Shown: positions 1 to 10,567 of the stretch, in pieces | How the letters are laid out: the number at the start of each line of letters is the position of its first letter | How positions within the stretch are numbered: position 1 is the first letter of the stretch | From: Proteiniphilum sp. | GTDB taxonomy: Bacteria; Bacteroidota; Bacteroidia; Bacteroidales; Dysgonomonadaceae | Direction of reading: 5' to 3' | DNA length: 64,000 nucleotides | NCBI GenBank assembly: GCA_028705255.1 | Contig: JAQWDW010000006.1 | Coordinates: 5,562 to 69,561, forward strand | The notes under the pieces: model-generated | The model's input: the letters and a program-made list of their open reading frames with translations, nothing else | Databases searched by the model: none | What the model was told of the DNA's origin: nothing | Made by a program: the position numbers and the translations under genes

Positions 1-277
1 TGCGGTTGGTGGAAAAACGATCGCGCCGTCCTGTGAGAATCTTGTGACTGTATGCCTGATGGCCCACATCCCACACAATGCGGTCGTAGGGAGTATGATA
101 AAGATAATGCAATGCCACGGTCAGCTCTATAGTTCCCAGACTTGAACCAAAATGTCCGGGGTTATTGGAGAGTTGCTCAATGATAAATTCGCGCAGATCC
201 GCACATACGGTCTCCAGTTGCTCAATCGAGAACTTCTTCAGATCGTCGGGACTGTTTATCTCATGTAAATATTGCAT
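1..277 (-). CDS. dxs: 1-deoxy-D-xylulose-5-phosphate synthase, N-terminal part (runs off the window)
   Basis: Manual translation from ATG at 277 gives [33 protein letters not shown]...[17 protein letters not shown]...[21 protein letters not shown], the diagnostic DXS N-terminus. Not in the ORF track. Confidence 0.95.
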   Translation of the reverse strand, partial: MQYLHEINSPDDLKKFSIEQLETVCADLREFIIEQLSNNPGHFGSSLGTIELTVALHYLYHTPYDRIVWDVGHQAYSHKILTGRRDRFSTNR

Positions 278-359
278 AATATATTATTCCTGTCCCTGTT
301 ATAACGGAAGCGGCATAAAATAGTTTAGAATCAGTATTTTCTTGTTGTTACACAGGATT

Positions 360-2558
360 TTAATTGGCCATGTCGGAGAAAAACTTGATGCGAACCATCC
401 TGATTTCGGTATCGGTGTATTCGGCAAGATCGGCCTGTGCCCTGTCCAGATCATCTATTTCGGTCTCCTTGAAATAGGAATAAATATCTTGAATCACATC
501 CTGATCCATCACCTCATTGAGGAAATAATCGATGTTGATTTTCGTGCCAGAGTAAACAATGGCTTCCACCTCGGAGAGCATCTCGTTGAAGTCGATCCCT
601 TTCGATTCGGCCAGGTCATCGAGGGCCACCTTGCGGTCTATAGCCTGCACAATGGATACTTTTAGTTTTGATTTGTTGGCGACGGTCTTCACACGCAGAT
701 CTTCAGGACGGGTGATGTCGTTCTCCTCCACGTGCTTCTTGATCAAGTCCACAAATTCTTTGCCGTATCGCTTGGCCTTGCCAGCTCCCACACCGGGAAT
801 GTTCTGCAGTTCATCGAGTGTGATGGGATAGGAAGTAGCCATCGCCTCGAGTGAGGAGGGTTGGAAAATTACGTAGGGAGGTACATTCAGCTTTTTCGAG
901 ATTTTCTTACGAAGATCTTTCATCATGGAGAAGAGCACCGGGTCTGCTGCGCCGCCACTTCCTGCGGAGGCAATCACATCTGAATCATCACTATCCAGAT
1001 CTGTCATATCATCCTCATCTTCATCATCTTTTGTAATTTTGAATGAGATGGGATTTTTGATGAATTCTTTCCCTTTCTTGGTAATTTTGAGAATGCCGTA
1101 ATTCTCGATATCCTTTCTCAGGTAGTTGTCGAGCAGGGCCTGACGTATTAGGGCTTCCCAGGTGCTTGTTTCTTCATCTGCACCCGATCCGAACTCTTCC
1201 AGTTCGTTGTGTCCGTATGTTTCAATGTCGGATGATTCTTTTCCAACAAGGAAATCAATCAGGTAATCGGCTTTTTGTTTTTCCTTTAAAGCAATAATTG
1301 CTTCTAATAGAGTAATGAGTAGTTCTTTCGCTTCCACTTTTTTCTTGGGATTTAAACAATTATCACAGTGTTCACAATTCGGTTCCAGATAATCTTCACC
1401 GAAATAGTGTAACAATACTTTTCTTCGGCACACCGACGTTTCTGCATAGGCAGCTGTCTCCAGCAAGAGTTGTTTACCTATCTCCTGTTCAGAAACGGGT
1501 TTGCCCTGCATGAAACGCTCCAGTTTTTGCAAGTCTTTTTCGGAATAAAACGCGATGCATTTTCCTTCGCCACCGTCTCGTCCGGCCCGTCCTGTTTCCT
1601 GGTAGTATCCTTCCAGGCTTTTGGGTATATCGTAATGAATGACATACCGGACGTCGGGTTTGTCTATTCCCATACCAAAAGCGATGGTGGCGACAATCAC
1701 GTCTGCTTTCTCCATCAGGAAGGCATCCTGATTGTAACTGCGGTTAGCAGCGTCCATGCCGGCGTGGTAGGGCAGAGCCCTAATATTGTTGGCTTGAAGG
1801 ATCTCGGCAAAGTCATCTACCTTCTTGCGGCTCAGACAATACACGATGCCCGATTTGTTTCCTTGCGAGAGGATGTATTTGATGATCTCCCGATCAATTT
1901 GATCGGTTTTATGTCGAACCTCGTAGTAGAGATTGGGACGGTTGAAGGATGATTTGTATACCATGGCCCCGCTCATACCAAGGTTCTTTTGTATGTCGTG
2001 CTGTACTTTGGGAGTGGCTGTGGCAGTGAGGGCGATGATGGGTCGCGGGCATATCTCTCCTATGATGGGTTTGATACGCCGGTATTCGGGACGGAAATCA
2101 TGTCCCCATTCCGAGATGCAATGGGCTTCATCTACTGCATAGAAGGAGATGGGTACGTTCTGCAGGAACTCAATGTTCTCCTGCTTGGTAAGCGATTCGG
2201 GAGCTACATAGAGCATTTTTGTTTTCCCTGAAAGGACATCTTTCTTGACCGCTTCGATCTCCTGTTTGCTGAGTGATGAGTTGAGAAAGTGGGCGATGCC
2301 GTCTTCTTCGCTGTAGTTACGCATGGCATCAACCTGGTTCTTCATCAGTGCAATCAAAGGGGAGATGACGATGGCCGTTCCCTCCGAGAGTAGGGCAGGC
2401 AGCTGATAGCAGAGGGATTTTCCGCCGCCGGTAGGCATCAGCACAAAGGTGTCCTTCCCCGATAAGATACTCTGTATAATGGCTTCCTGATTGCCCTTAA
2501 ACGTATCGAATCCGAAATATCTCTTTAACCCCTTATATAGATTGTCTTGTTCCTTCAT
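360..2558 (-). CDS. recQ: ATP-dependent DNA helicase RecQ
   Basis: MPTGGGKSLCYQ, DEAHCISEWGHDFRP, QETGRAGRDG, Zn-binding CRR...CEHCDNC, RQC and HRDC domains. Confidence 0.97.
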   Translation of the reverse strand: MKEQDNLYKGLKRYFGFDTFKGNQEAIIQSILSGKDTFVLMPTGGGKSLCYQLPALLSEGTAIVISPLIALMKNQVDAMRNYSEEDGIAHFLNSSLSKQEIEAVKKDVLSGKTKMLYVAPESLTKQENIEFLQNVPISFYAVDEAHCISEWGHDFRPEYRRIKPIIGEICPRPIIALTATATPKVQHDIQKNLGMSGAMVYKSSFNRPNLYYEVRHKTDQIDREIIKYILSQGNKSGIVYCLSRKKVDDFAEILQANNIRALPYHAGMDAANRSYNQDAFLMEKADVIVATIAFGMGIDKPDVRYVIHYDIPKSLEGYYQETGRAGRDGGEGKCIAFYSEKDLQKLERFMQGKPVSEQEIGKQLLLETAAYAETSVCRRKVLLHYFGEDYLEPNCEHCDNCLNPKKKVEAKELLITLLEAIIALKEKQKADYLIDFLVGKESSDIETYGHNELEEFGSGADEETSTWEALIRQALLDNYLRKDIENYGILKITKKGKEFIKNPISFKITKDDEDEDDMTDLDSDDSDVIASAGSGGAADPVLFSMMKDLRKKISKKLNVPPYVIFQPSSLEAMATSYPITLDELQNIPGVGAGKAKRYGKEFVDLIKKHVEENDITRPEDLRVKTVANKSKLKVSIVQAIDRKVALDDLAESKGIDFNEMLSEVEAIVYSGTKINIDYFLNEVMDQDVIQDIYSYFKETEIDDLDRAQADLAEYTDTEIRMVRIKFFSDMAN

Positions 2559-2825
2559 TCAGCAAATTGCGTGGTGGGAAATTGTTGTCACCAAAGGTCG
2601 ATACAAAATTAAAAAAGTATTTCATATTTCCAAGCATAAAATCTAGTTTGTAAATGCATCGCGTATATGTTTCTGGTAGCTTGTTTTTCCACACAGGTAA
2701 ACTGACAGATAAATTTACATCCAAGATAATGGATAAAAATAATCCTTGCAAATATATTGGTGAAAACTCTATTTTTTAGTCGACAAATCTACTAAAAAAA
2801 CGCCTGACTAGCACGCGTTCTTAAC

Positions 2826-2860
2826 AAACCGCGGGACTCCTGTTCAGTGTCCGGCGGTTT
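2826..2860. terminator. Stem-loop downstream of clpX, possible terminator or attenuator
   Basis: AAACCGC/GCGGTTT outer arms and GGAC/GTCC inner arms. The U-tract is weak on the minus strand. Confidence 0.35.
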
Positions 2861-2883
2861 TATTCTTTTTTGTGGGGCTGAAG

Positions 2884-4125
2884 TCAGGCTACACGCAAGT
2901 GGTGCAGATCGGAATTTTCGAGTTGATGGATGGCATATTCGCGTGTCACATGCAACTTTTTCTTTTCCTCTGAAGGCAGCGTGAACATGGCATCAATCAT
3001 GATGGCTTCCACAATGGAGCGTAGTCCGCGTGCGCCCAGCTTAAACTCAATGGCTTTGTCCACAATATATTCATAGGCACCCTGATCGAAGGTGAGGGCC
3101 ACCCCATCCATTTCAAACAGCTTCTGATATTGCTTGACGATGGAGTTCTTGGGCTCGACCAGAATACGTAACAAAGCGTCTCTATCCAGCGGCTCCAGGT
3201 AGGTGAGGATGGGAAGCCTTCCAATGATCTCCGGAATCAGACCGAACGATTTTAAATCGAGCGGCGTGATATATTTCAACATGTTGTGCCGGTCGATGTT
3301 CGCTTTGTCGCTACTGGCGGCATAACCCACCACACGTGTGTTGAGACGTTGGGCAATTTTCTTCTCAATGCCGTCGAAGGCACCTCCGCAGATAAACAGA
3401 ATGTTCTTGGTGTTAATTGCAATCATGCGCTGTTCCGGATGCTTGCGACCACCCTGGGGCGGTACATTCACCACAGAACCCTCGAGCAGCTTCAACAGTC
3501 CCTGCTGTACACCTTCACCACTCACATCACGGGTGATGGAAGGGTTGTCACTTTTACGGGCTATTTTGTCGATTTCGTCGATGAACACAATACCTCTCTC
3601 GGCAGCATTGACATCGTAGTCGGCCACCTGCAGCAGTCGGGTGAGGATGCTTTCGATGTCCTCGCCCACATATCCCGCCTCGGTTAGTACTGTGGCATCC
3701 ACGATGGTGAAGGGGACATGCAACATCTTAGCAATGGTGCGTGCCAGCAAGGTCTTGCCTGTGCCGGTGGCACCTACCATGATGATGTTTGATTTCTCGA
3801 TCTCCACCTCATCTTTCAGATTTTTCTGTAGAATACGTTTGTAATGGTTGTAGACCGAAACCGACAGAAACCGCTTTGCACTATCCTGCCTGATCACGTA
3901 CTGATCCAGGAATTCCTTGATCTGTGCCGGCTTGGGCAGAGATAAGAGGGAGATACCCGGATCGGCTTTTGCATTACTCTTAAAGGTATCGTTCACGATC
4001 TCGTGAGCCTGCTCGGCGCACATATCGCAGATGTACCCTGTCATGCCTGATATGAGCAGGTTTACTTCCTGTTCGCTTCTTCCGCAAAAACTGCAATGAT
4101 TGCTGCTGTTCGCTTTTTTAGCCAT
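2884..4125 (-). CDS. clpX: ATP-dependent Clp protease ATP-binding subunit ClpX
   Basis: N-terminal CSFC...CDMC zinc finger, Walker [26 protein letters not shown]. Confidence 0.98.
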   Translation of the reverse strand: MAKKANSSNHCSFCGRSEQEVNLLISGMTGYICDMCAEQAHEIVNDTFKSNAKADPGISLLSLPKPAQIKEFLDQYVIRQDSAKRFLSVSVYNHYKRILQKNLKDEVEIEKSNIIMVGATGTGKTLLARTIAKMLHVPFTIVDATVLTEAGYVGEDIESILTRLLQVADYDVNAAERGIVFIDEIDKIARKSDNPSITRDVSGEGVQQGLLKLLEGSVVNVPPQGGRKHPEQRMIAINTKNILFICGGAFDGIEKKIAQRLNTRVVGYAASSDKANIDRHNMLKYITPLDLKSFGLIPEIIGRLPILTYLEPLDRDALLRILVEPKNSIVKQYQKLFEMDGVALTFDQGAYEYIVDKAIEFKLGARGLRSIVEAIMIDAMFTLPSEEKKKLHVTREYAIHQLENSDLHHLRVA

Positions 4126-4137
4126 CGTTTTTTACTT

Positions 4138-4830
4138 TTATCCTTTTCTTGTCAGTACATCATCCACCATGCCATAAGCTTTGGCTTCCGATGCGGTCAT
4201 CCAGAAGTCGCGATCAGAGTCACGTGCTACCTCCTCAAGAGGTTTTCCGGAATGTTTGGATATGATGGTATACAATTCCTGTTTGATCTTGGCAATTTCG
4301 CGGGCTGTGATTTCGATGTCGGAGGCTTGACCTTGTACACCTCCCATGGGCTGATGGATCATCACTCGGGAGTGGGTAAGGGCGAAGCGTTTCTTCTCGG
4401 CGCCGGAAACCAGCAACACAGCAGCCATGGATGCAGCAATACCTGTGCAGATGGTGGAGACATTGCTCGAGATGAACTGCATGGTGTCATAGATGCCCAG
4501 ACCGGCATATACCGATCCTCCAGGGGAGTTGATGTAAATGGAGATATCCTTGCCGGGGTCAGCCGAATCGAGATAAAGCAGTTGCGCCTGTATTACATTG
4601 GCTGTATAATCGTCGATGGCTGTTCCGAGGAAGATGATGCGGTCCATCATCAACCTTGAAAAAACATCCATCTGTGCCACGTTGAGCTGACGTTCTTCAA
4701 TGATGGTGGGGGAAATGTAGCCTCCTCCCTGGCTGGTGATTTGCATGTAACTTTCGAGTCTGGTGCTGCTCATGCCCAGATGCTTTGTTGCATATTTTTT
4801 AAAATCGTCTTGCATAGATTCTTTTATCAA
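4138..4830 (-). CDS. clpP: ATP-dependent Clp protease proteolytic subunit ClpP
   Basis: DVFSRLMMDRIIFLG, YINSPGGSV, AASM (catalytic Ser), RVMIHQP. The true start may be the second Met (MQDD). Confidence 0.98.
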   Translation of the reverse strand: MIKESMQDDFKKYATKHLGMSSTRLESYMQITSQGGGYISPTIIEERQLNVAQMDVFSRLMMDRIIFLGTAIDDYTANVIQAQLLYLDSADPGKDISIYINSPGGSVYAGLGIYDTMQFISSNVSTICTGIAASMAAVLLVSGAEKKRFALTHSRVMIHQPMGGVQGQASDIEITAREIAKIKQELYTIISKHSGKPLEEVARDSDRDFWMTASEAKAYGMVDDVLTRKG

Positions 4831-4985
4831 ACGTTTTTTTTTTGTCGAATTAATAACTGCAAAAAAAGTGCCACTATTTTTCGATGCTGTTTCTGCAGAA
4901 TGGATCCGACAAACAAAAATATAAGGAATTGTTGAATTATAAAATAAAACCTTGAAAAACAGTTGATTTTTTCAGTAATGTTTTG

Positions 4986-6437
4986 TTATTCTGCCGACGA
5001 TTCGCTCTCAAGAGCTGATTCCTCTTTGTTGTCACCTTCTTCTGCGTGATGGTCTGTATTTTCTCCATGCTCGTGGGCATGTTCGCTCATGAGTTCGCTG
5101 AACTCTTTTGAGGAGATCTCTTTCTCAGTCACAGCCAGGTTATCTTTCAGCCAGTCGATGATTTTCTCCTCAGTCGCTCTGTCGTATAGATTCTGAATGG
5201 TTTCCTCCTTCTCCAGCAGGCTTTTTGTATAATTCTGTAACACATCAGCCGGCAGGTTGGTCATTCCGTATTGTGCAAATTGTGCTTTGGCAACTTCCGC
5301 AGCCAGTGCTTCGATATCCTGATACTCCACTTTGATTCCGCCTTCTTCTACAATCTTCTGCTTGGCGATATGGAACTTGAGATCCTCTAAGATTGCCGGA
5401 TAATCGGCTTCAATCTCCTCGACAGTTTTCTTGTCGTTCGATTCGAGCAGCCAGCGTTTCAGAAATGCATCGGGGAATTGTACATCTTTCATCTTCTCCA
5501 CGATGATATCTTTTGCTGTATGGATGAACAGGTGGTCGGCATTGGGTTTAAACTGATTGCCGAGTTCCGAAGCAATCTTGGTGCGGAACTCTTCTTCGGT
5601 GGTAACAACCCCTTGACCCAGCACCCGGTCGAAAAGCTCCTGGTTCAGTTCAGCTTCCTGGTAACGGGTTACCTCTTTGATGTCGAAACGGAAATCGGCA
5701 TTGATATCTTTTACATGATCTTTGGTAGTCTGTAGCAACGAGGCCACCTCGGCTTCGTTGTTATCATAGGCACTCTTCGGGTTGAAAACGATGCTGTCTC
5801 CTACCTTGGCGCCGATAAACTGATTTTTTACGGTCTCTTCCTTCAGGTAGGAAGGCATCAGGATGGCATTTTCGATCAGCTGACCGTTTTCTTTCTCCTT
5901 CTCCCCATCCATTTCGGTGAGCGTCCCCTTAATCAGGTCGGTATCTTTCGCCTCTTCCTCGATGGAAGCATAGGTGCCGTAATTCTGCTTATAGGCATCC
6001 AACTGTTTCTCCAGAAGATCATCCTCCAGCTTCACCCGATAATAGGTCATTTCGGTGTCTTTATCGAGCGGCAACGCAAACTCCGGTGTGAGAGCCACGT
6101 CGAAATAAAATGTAAGGATTTCATCCTTGTCGAGGTCTACCCGCATCTCTTCGCTGTCATCGGAGATGGGTTCGCCCAGGATTTTTAATTTGTTTTCCCG
6201 GATGAAGTTGGTCAGCTCTTCCGTGACTAGCTTGTTCACCTCATCTACCAGAACCGCTTTGCCATACATGCGTTGGATTACACTCTTGGGTACTTTACCC
6301 TGACGGAATCCGGGAATGTTGGCTTTCTGCCGGAATTGATTCAGTGACTTATCTACCTTTTCCTGATAATCTGCTTTCTCCAGTTCTATGACAATGGTTC
6401 CGTTTACATCGTCCTTTTTATTCAGTGTTGACTTCAT
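4986..6437 (-). CDS. tig: Trigger factor with a His/acidic C-terminal extension
   Basis: Ribosome-binding loop IPGFRQGKVP and position in the tig-clpP-clpX order. Confidence 0.93.
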   Translation of the reverse strand: MKSTLNKKDDVNGTIVIELEKADYQEKVDKSLNQFRQKANIPGFRQGKVPKSVIQRMYGKAVLVDEVNKLVTEELTNFIRENKLKILGEPISDDSEEMRVDLDKDEILTFYFDVALTPEFALPLDKDTEMTYYRVKLEDDLLEKQLDAYKQNYGTYASIEEEAKDTDLIKGTLTEMDGEKEKENGQLIENAILMPSYLKEETVKNQFIGAKVGDSIVFNPKSAYDNNEAEVASLLQTTKDHVKDINADFRFDIKEVTRYQEAELNQELFDRVLGQGVVTTEEEFRTKIASELGNQFKPNADHLFIHTAKDIIVEKMKDVQFPDAFLKRWLLESNDKKTVEEIEADYPAILEDLKFHIAKQKIVEEGGIKVEYQDIEALAAEVAKAQFAQYGMTNLPADVLQNYTKSLLEKEETIQNLYDRATEEKIIDWLKDNLAVTEKEISSKEFSELMSEHAHEHGENTDHHAEEGDNKEESALESESSAE

Positions 6438-6508
6438 TGAAATGCGTGATGTTTTAGTGTAAAGTCGGTTAATTTCAACCGATTGAATCCTTTTTTTTAA
6501 TAAGAGTG

Positions 6509-6539
6509 CAAAATTAGTGTTATTCTTTCAATTTGCAAA
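6509..6539 (-). promoter_or_regulatory. Bacteroidetes primary-sigma promoter of tig-clpP-clpX
   Basis: Minus strand TTTG (6539-6536), 19 nt spacer, TAATTTTG (6516-6509); matches the -33/-7 consensus. Confidence 0.75.
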
Positions 6540-6647
6540 AAATATTTTCCTGTTTGAAGAATGCTTTGGAACCTGAAGCAGCGATGAGATCAGGAAATGA
6601 TTTTTTTTAAAGTGAAAACCCTATCTTTGCAGTTCAAAACAGAATAA

Positions 6648-7556
6648 ATGCAACCAATTTTCAGATCTGCCACGCCGGGCTCCAAGATAGCCACCCTTTT
6701 TATATTGCTTTTTACCGGACTCATTGTGTCCTTGTTGATTATGGGATTAATGAATATGGTATTTGGAATGGATGATGCCAGCAACGCCACATCTATTTAT
6801 ACAGGCTCCGTGTTGCAGTCGCTTTTTGCCATTGCACTACCAGCATACCTGACAGTTGCTCTTACCACTGACAGTTCCACGCGATACTTAAAATTAGGTT
6901 GGGATGAGAAGATGGGGTGGAAGGTTATTTTCGCCGTGTTGTTGTTTGTGTTTTCCTATCCGTTTGTATCTTTTCTGACGCAATGGAACAGCGGCATGCA
7001 ACTGCCCGAATGGATGAGTAGTTTGGAAGAGGTGATGCGGTCAATGGAGGATGCTGCCATGGAGACCACAAAGTTGTTGCTGTCGGGTCGTACTCCAGCC
7101 ATGTTGATCCTCAACCTGATTGTTGTGGCTGGTCTGGCAGCCTTCTCGGAGGAGTTGTTTTTTCGGGGAGCACTGCAGCAGTTTCTGTGTGAGAGATTTC
7201 GGAATGGCCATGTTGCTGTATGGCTTTCGGCACTGCTATTTAGTTTGGTCCACTTCCAGTTTTATGGTTTTTTGCCGAGAATGATGTTAGGTGTGCTGCT
7301 GGGTTATCTGTTTCTTTACACACGAAACCTGTGGGTAGCTGTCATCTTTCACTTCGTGAACAATGCCACGGTGATTCTGCTTTACTTTTTCTGGAGCGAC
7401 AAGGAGTGGTTTAGTCGGATGGAGGAGCTACCGGTAACTATTCCCTTTCTGGTGGTTGCCACAGTGAGTGTGCTGCTTACACTGCTTCTGTTTTGGATCT
7501 ATCTGAAAAGAGACCGACAATCGGTCGATGGAGCAGAAACAATCAACTTATATTGA
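6648..7556 (+). CDS. CPBP (CAAX/Abi) family intramembrane metalloprotease
   Basis: Multiple TM segments, EELFFRG, FSLVHF and HFVNN motifs. Confidence 0.9.
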   Translation: MQPIFRSATPGSKIATLFILLFTGLIVSLLIMGLMNMVFGMDDASNATSIYTGSVLQSLFAIALPAYLTVALTTDSSTRYLKLGWDEKMGWKVIFAVLLFVFSYPFVSFLTQWNSGMQLPEWMSSLEEVMRSMEDAAMETTKLLLSGRTPAMLILNLIVVAGLAAFSEELFFRGALQQFLCERFRNGHVAVWLSALLFSLVHFQFYGFLPRMMLGVLLGYLFLYTRNLWVAVIFHFVNNATVILLYFFWSDKEWFSRMEELPVTIPFLVVATVSVLLTLLLFWIYLKRDRQSVDGAETINLY

Positions 7557-7557
7557 T

Positions 7558-8133
7558 ATGATACAGATACAAGATACCCTCATCTCGGACGATTTGTTCG
7601 AAGTACATTTTGTTTGTGACCTATGCAAATGCAAAGGTCAGTGTTGTGTGGATGGAGAGTCAGGGGCGCCGATCACCCGCGAAGAGTTTACAGAAATCAA
7701 TGAGATACTGCCTGCTATATGGGAAGACCTCACGCCCAAAGCACAGGAGCTGATCAAACAGCAGGGAATTGCTTATACCGACAGCGATGGGGAACTGGTT
7801 ACCTCCATCATCCAGGGTGAAGAGTGTGTCTTTGCCAGCTTCGATGCCAACGGAGTTTGCAAGTGCACAATCGACAGTGCTTTCCGAGAAGGACGCATTG
7901 CCGTTCAGAAACCTGTTTCGTGTCATCTTTACCCGGTGAGGTTGCATAATTATGCTGATTTTACGGCGGTGAACTATCATCGCTGGTCGGTCTGCCAGCC
8001 CGCCCGTAAACTGGGACGAAAAGAGGGCGTACCTCTATACCAGTTCTTGCGGGAACCACTGATCAGAAGATTCGGTGAATCGTGGTACCGGGAGGTATGT
8101 GAGGCGGCAACATTGCTCAGTGAAAAAAAGTAA
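7558..8133 (+). CDS. DUF3109 family Cys-rich protein
   Basis: FVCDLCKCKGQCCVDGESGAP and KPVSCHLYP. The start is set at MIQIQ (7558), just after the upstream stop. Confidence 0.8.
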   Translation: MIQIQDTLISDDLFEVHFVCDLCKCKGQCCVDGESGAPITREEFTEINEILPAIWEDLTPKAQELIKQQGIAYTDSDGELVTSIIQGEECVFASFDANGVCKCTIDSAFREGRIAVQKPVSCHLYPVRLHNYADFTAVNYHRWSVCQPARKLGRKEGVPLYQFLREPLIRRFGESWYREVCEAATLLSEKK

Positions 8134-8193
8134 CAGGATCATGCTATTTTTTTCCTCATTTGCTTTCCAGATTTGAAATCTTTGTTTTATTTT

Positions 8194-8218
8194 TGCACAT
8201 ATATAAATAAAATGTGCA
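8194..8218. promoter_or_regulatory. Inverted repeat, candidate TetR operator
   Basis: TGCACAT-N11-ATGTGCA, overlapping the end of a TATTTTTG -7 box (8188-8195). Confidence 0.45.
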
Positions 8219-8816
8219 GAATAAGGTGACTTCGCCCATTTCAAAAACGAAAAACAATTTAATTGACGTAGCCCGGCAGCTTTTTGCAAAACAAGGTGTC
8301 GAGAATACGACAATGAATGACATTGCCGAGGCATCTCAACGAGGCAGACGTACCCTTTATACCTACTTCAGCAGCAAGAGCGATATCTATAAGGCTGTAA
8401 TTGAGTCGGAGCTCGATGTGCTCTTCGGCAGACTGGAGGAGGTGACACGCCGAAATATGCCTGCAGATGAGAAGCTTATTCTGCTGGCTTTTACCCGTTT
8501 TGGCGCCATCAAGGAGGTGGTGACCCGCAACGGTAACCTGCGGGCTGATTTCTTCAGAGATATCTGGAAGGTAGAAAATGTACGCAAGGAGTTTGACAGG
8601 AAAGAGATCCATTACCTGGAGACCATCATCCAGGATGGTTGCGAAAAGGGAATCTTTCAACCCTGCGACATCAGACAAACAGCCGAGATATTGCATTACG
8701 CATTCAAGGGTCTTGAAGTGCCCACCATTCGCGGTGCCATGAAGCTCGACTACAATAAAAAGGAGGACAGGGAAATTATTTCTTCCATTTTGTTTAAAGG
8801 AATGTATGCGAAATAA
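8214..8816 (+). CDS. TetR/AcrR family transcriptional regulator
   Basis: N-terminal HTH ARQLFAKQGVENTTMNDIAEASQRGRRTLYTYFSSK. The start codon is uncertain. Confidence 0.92.
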   Translation: MQNKVTSPISKTKNNLIDVARQLFAKQGVENTTMNDIAEASQRGRRTLYTYFSSKSDIYKAVIESELDVLFGRLEEVTRRNMPADEKLILLAFTRFGAIKEVVTRNGNLRADFFRDIWKVENVRKEFDRKEIHYLETIIQDGCEKGIFQPCDIRQTAEILHYAFKGLEVPTIRGAMKLDYNKKEDREIISSILFKGMYAK

Positions 8817-8977
8817 ACTATTTCAGTTATCTGATTTTGGGTATAGCAATCAACGATTGTCGGCATACATGAGCAATTGATGAATAATAATCGTATGAAA
8901 CGAGCATTCAGACTATTTCTCTCAAGAGAATAAATCCTTGCGGGTTCCATACTCCACAATGAAAATAAAATAATCAT

Positions 8978-9724
8978 ATGAAGTTATTAGAAGGGAAAAC
9001 AGCGTTGATTACCGGTGCTGCCCGCGGAATCGGGAAAGCCATCGCTTTGAAATTTGCATCGGAGGGAGCCAATATTGCGTTCACCGACCTGGTGATAGAC
9101 GAAGCCGGTGAAGCCACCGAACATGAAATTGCTTCTCTCGGTGTGAAATGCAAAGGGTACGCTTCCAATGCTGCTAATTTTGAAGAAACACACCATGTGG
9201 TGGAACAAATCATGCAGGATTTCGGTCGTATCGATGTTCTGGTTAACAATGCCGGCATCACCAAAGATGGTTTAATGATGCGAATGAGCGAACAACAATG
9301 GGATGCGGTGATCAACGTAAACCTGAAGTCCGCTTTTAATTTTATCCATGCTGTCACACCCGTGATGATGCGCCAGAAAACAGGAAGCATCATTAACATG
9401 AGTTCGGTAGTGGGGGTTTCCGGAAATGCGGGGCAAGCAAACTATTCAGCATCTAAAGCAGGAATGATTGGACTGGCCAAATCGGTGGCCAAAGAGCTGG
9501 GATCAAGGGGCATTCGTGCCAATGCCATCGCTCCGGGCTTCATCATCACCGATATGACGGGACAACTTTCAGAAGAGGTGCGCAATGAGTGGGCAAAACA
9601 AATACCATTGCGACGCGGAGGGACGCCAGAAGATGTAGCGAATGTAGCTATTTTCCTCGCTTCAGACCTTTCTTCGTACGTGAGTGGCCAGGTAATCCAT
9701 GTCTGCGGTGGCATGAATACCTGA
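8978..9724 (+). CDS. fabG: 3-oxoacyl-ACP reductase
   Basis: TGAARGIG, NNAGIT.DGL, YSASK, NAIAPGFI.TDMT. Confidence 0.93.
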   Translation: MKLLEGKTALITGAARGIGKAIALKFASEGANIAFTDLVIDEAGEATEHEIASLGVKCKGYASNAANFEETHHVVEQIMQDFGRIDVLVNNAGITKDGLMMRMSEQQWDAVINVNLKSAFNFIHAVTPVMMRQKTGSIINMSSVVGVSGNAGQANYSASKAGMIGLAKSVAKELGSRGIRANAIAPGFIITDMTGQLSEEVRNEWAKQIPLRRGGTPEDVANVAIFLASDLSSYVSGQVIHVCGGMNT

Positions 9725-9807
9725 TCAGGGTAACAATCATATTGTCAGAGGCACACGGGAGTACCTATGTGCCTCTGAATATTTTTAAACGGATCCTGAA
9801 TTATAAG

Positions 9808-10482
9808 ATGACTGTTTTATACGAAGACAACCACCTCATCATTGTCAACAAGGCACCCGGTGAGATTGTACAGGGCGACAAGACGGGCGATGAGCCACTG
9901 TCGGAGATGGTAAAAACCTTTCTTAAGGAGAAGTATCACAAGCCTGGCAATGTTTTTTGCGGTGTCACCCACCGGCTCGACCGGCCGACGAGTGGAGTGG
10001 TGGTGTTTGCCAAAACCAGCAAGTCACTCACCCGGCTCAACGACATGTTTCGTAAGGGTGAAGTGAAGAAGATTTACTGGGCTATTGTGAAAAACCGGCC
10101 CCCGGCAGACGAAGATACCCTGACCCATTATCTCATCAAAAATGAGAAAACCAACAAGTCTGCAGCCTTCGATACAGAAAAACCCCATACAAAAAAGGCC
10201 GTTCTTCATTACCGACAAATTGCGGCATCCACAAACTATTTCCTTCTCGAGATTGATCTGGAGACAGGACGTCATCACCAGATACGCTGCCAGCTTGCAA
10301 AAATTGGCTCTCCCCTCAAAGGTGACCTCAAGTATGGCGCCGAACGTTCCAACCCCGATGGGAGCATCAGTTTGCATGCACGTGCTATTTCCTTTATACA
10401 TCCTGTATCGAAAGAGCCAATTTCCATTACCGCTCCCTTGCCGGAGGATGCATTGTGGCGTGCCTTTGAACCATCAAAATAA
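9808..10482 (+). CDS. RluA family pseudouridine synthase
   Basis: LYEDNHLIIVNK, HRLDRPTSG, TGRHHQIR. The ORF-track upstream extension overlaps fabG, so the start is taken at ATG 9808. Confidence 0.92.
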   Translation: MTVLYEDNHLIIVNKAPGEIVQGDKTGDEPLSEMVKTFLKEKYHKPGNVFCGVTHRLDRPTSGVVVFAKTSKSLTRLNDMFRKGEVKKIYWAIVKNRPPADEDTLTHYLIKNEKTNKSAAFDTEKPHTKKAVLHYRQIAASTNYFLLEIDLETGRHHQIRCQLAKIGSPLKGDLKYGAERSNPDGSISLHARAISFIHPVSKEPISITAPLPEDALWRAFEPSK

Positions 10483-10567
10483 ACAAGATTGCCACTTTCG
10501 CAGCTGTTCGTTTCCCTGGTATCTGTAAAAATCCTATATTTGTGAGATAAAAAAATATACCCGAACA

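Noticed and set aside
6648-7556. Abortive-infection phage defence gene
   Set aside because: The CPBP/Abi name is historical. The context is housekeeping, with no defence neighbours.
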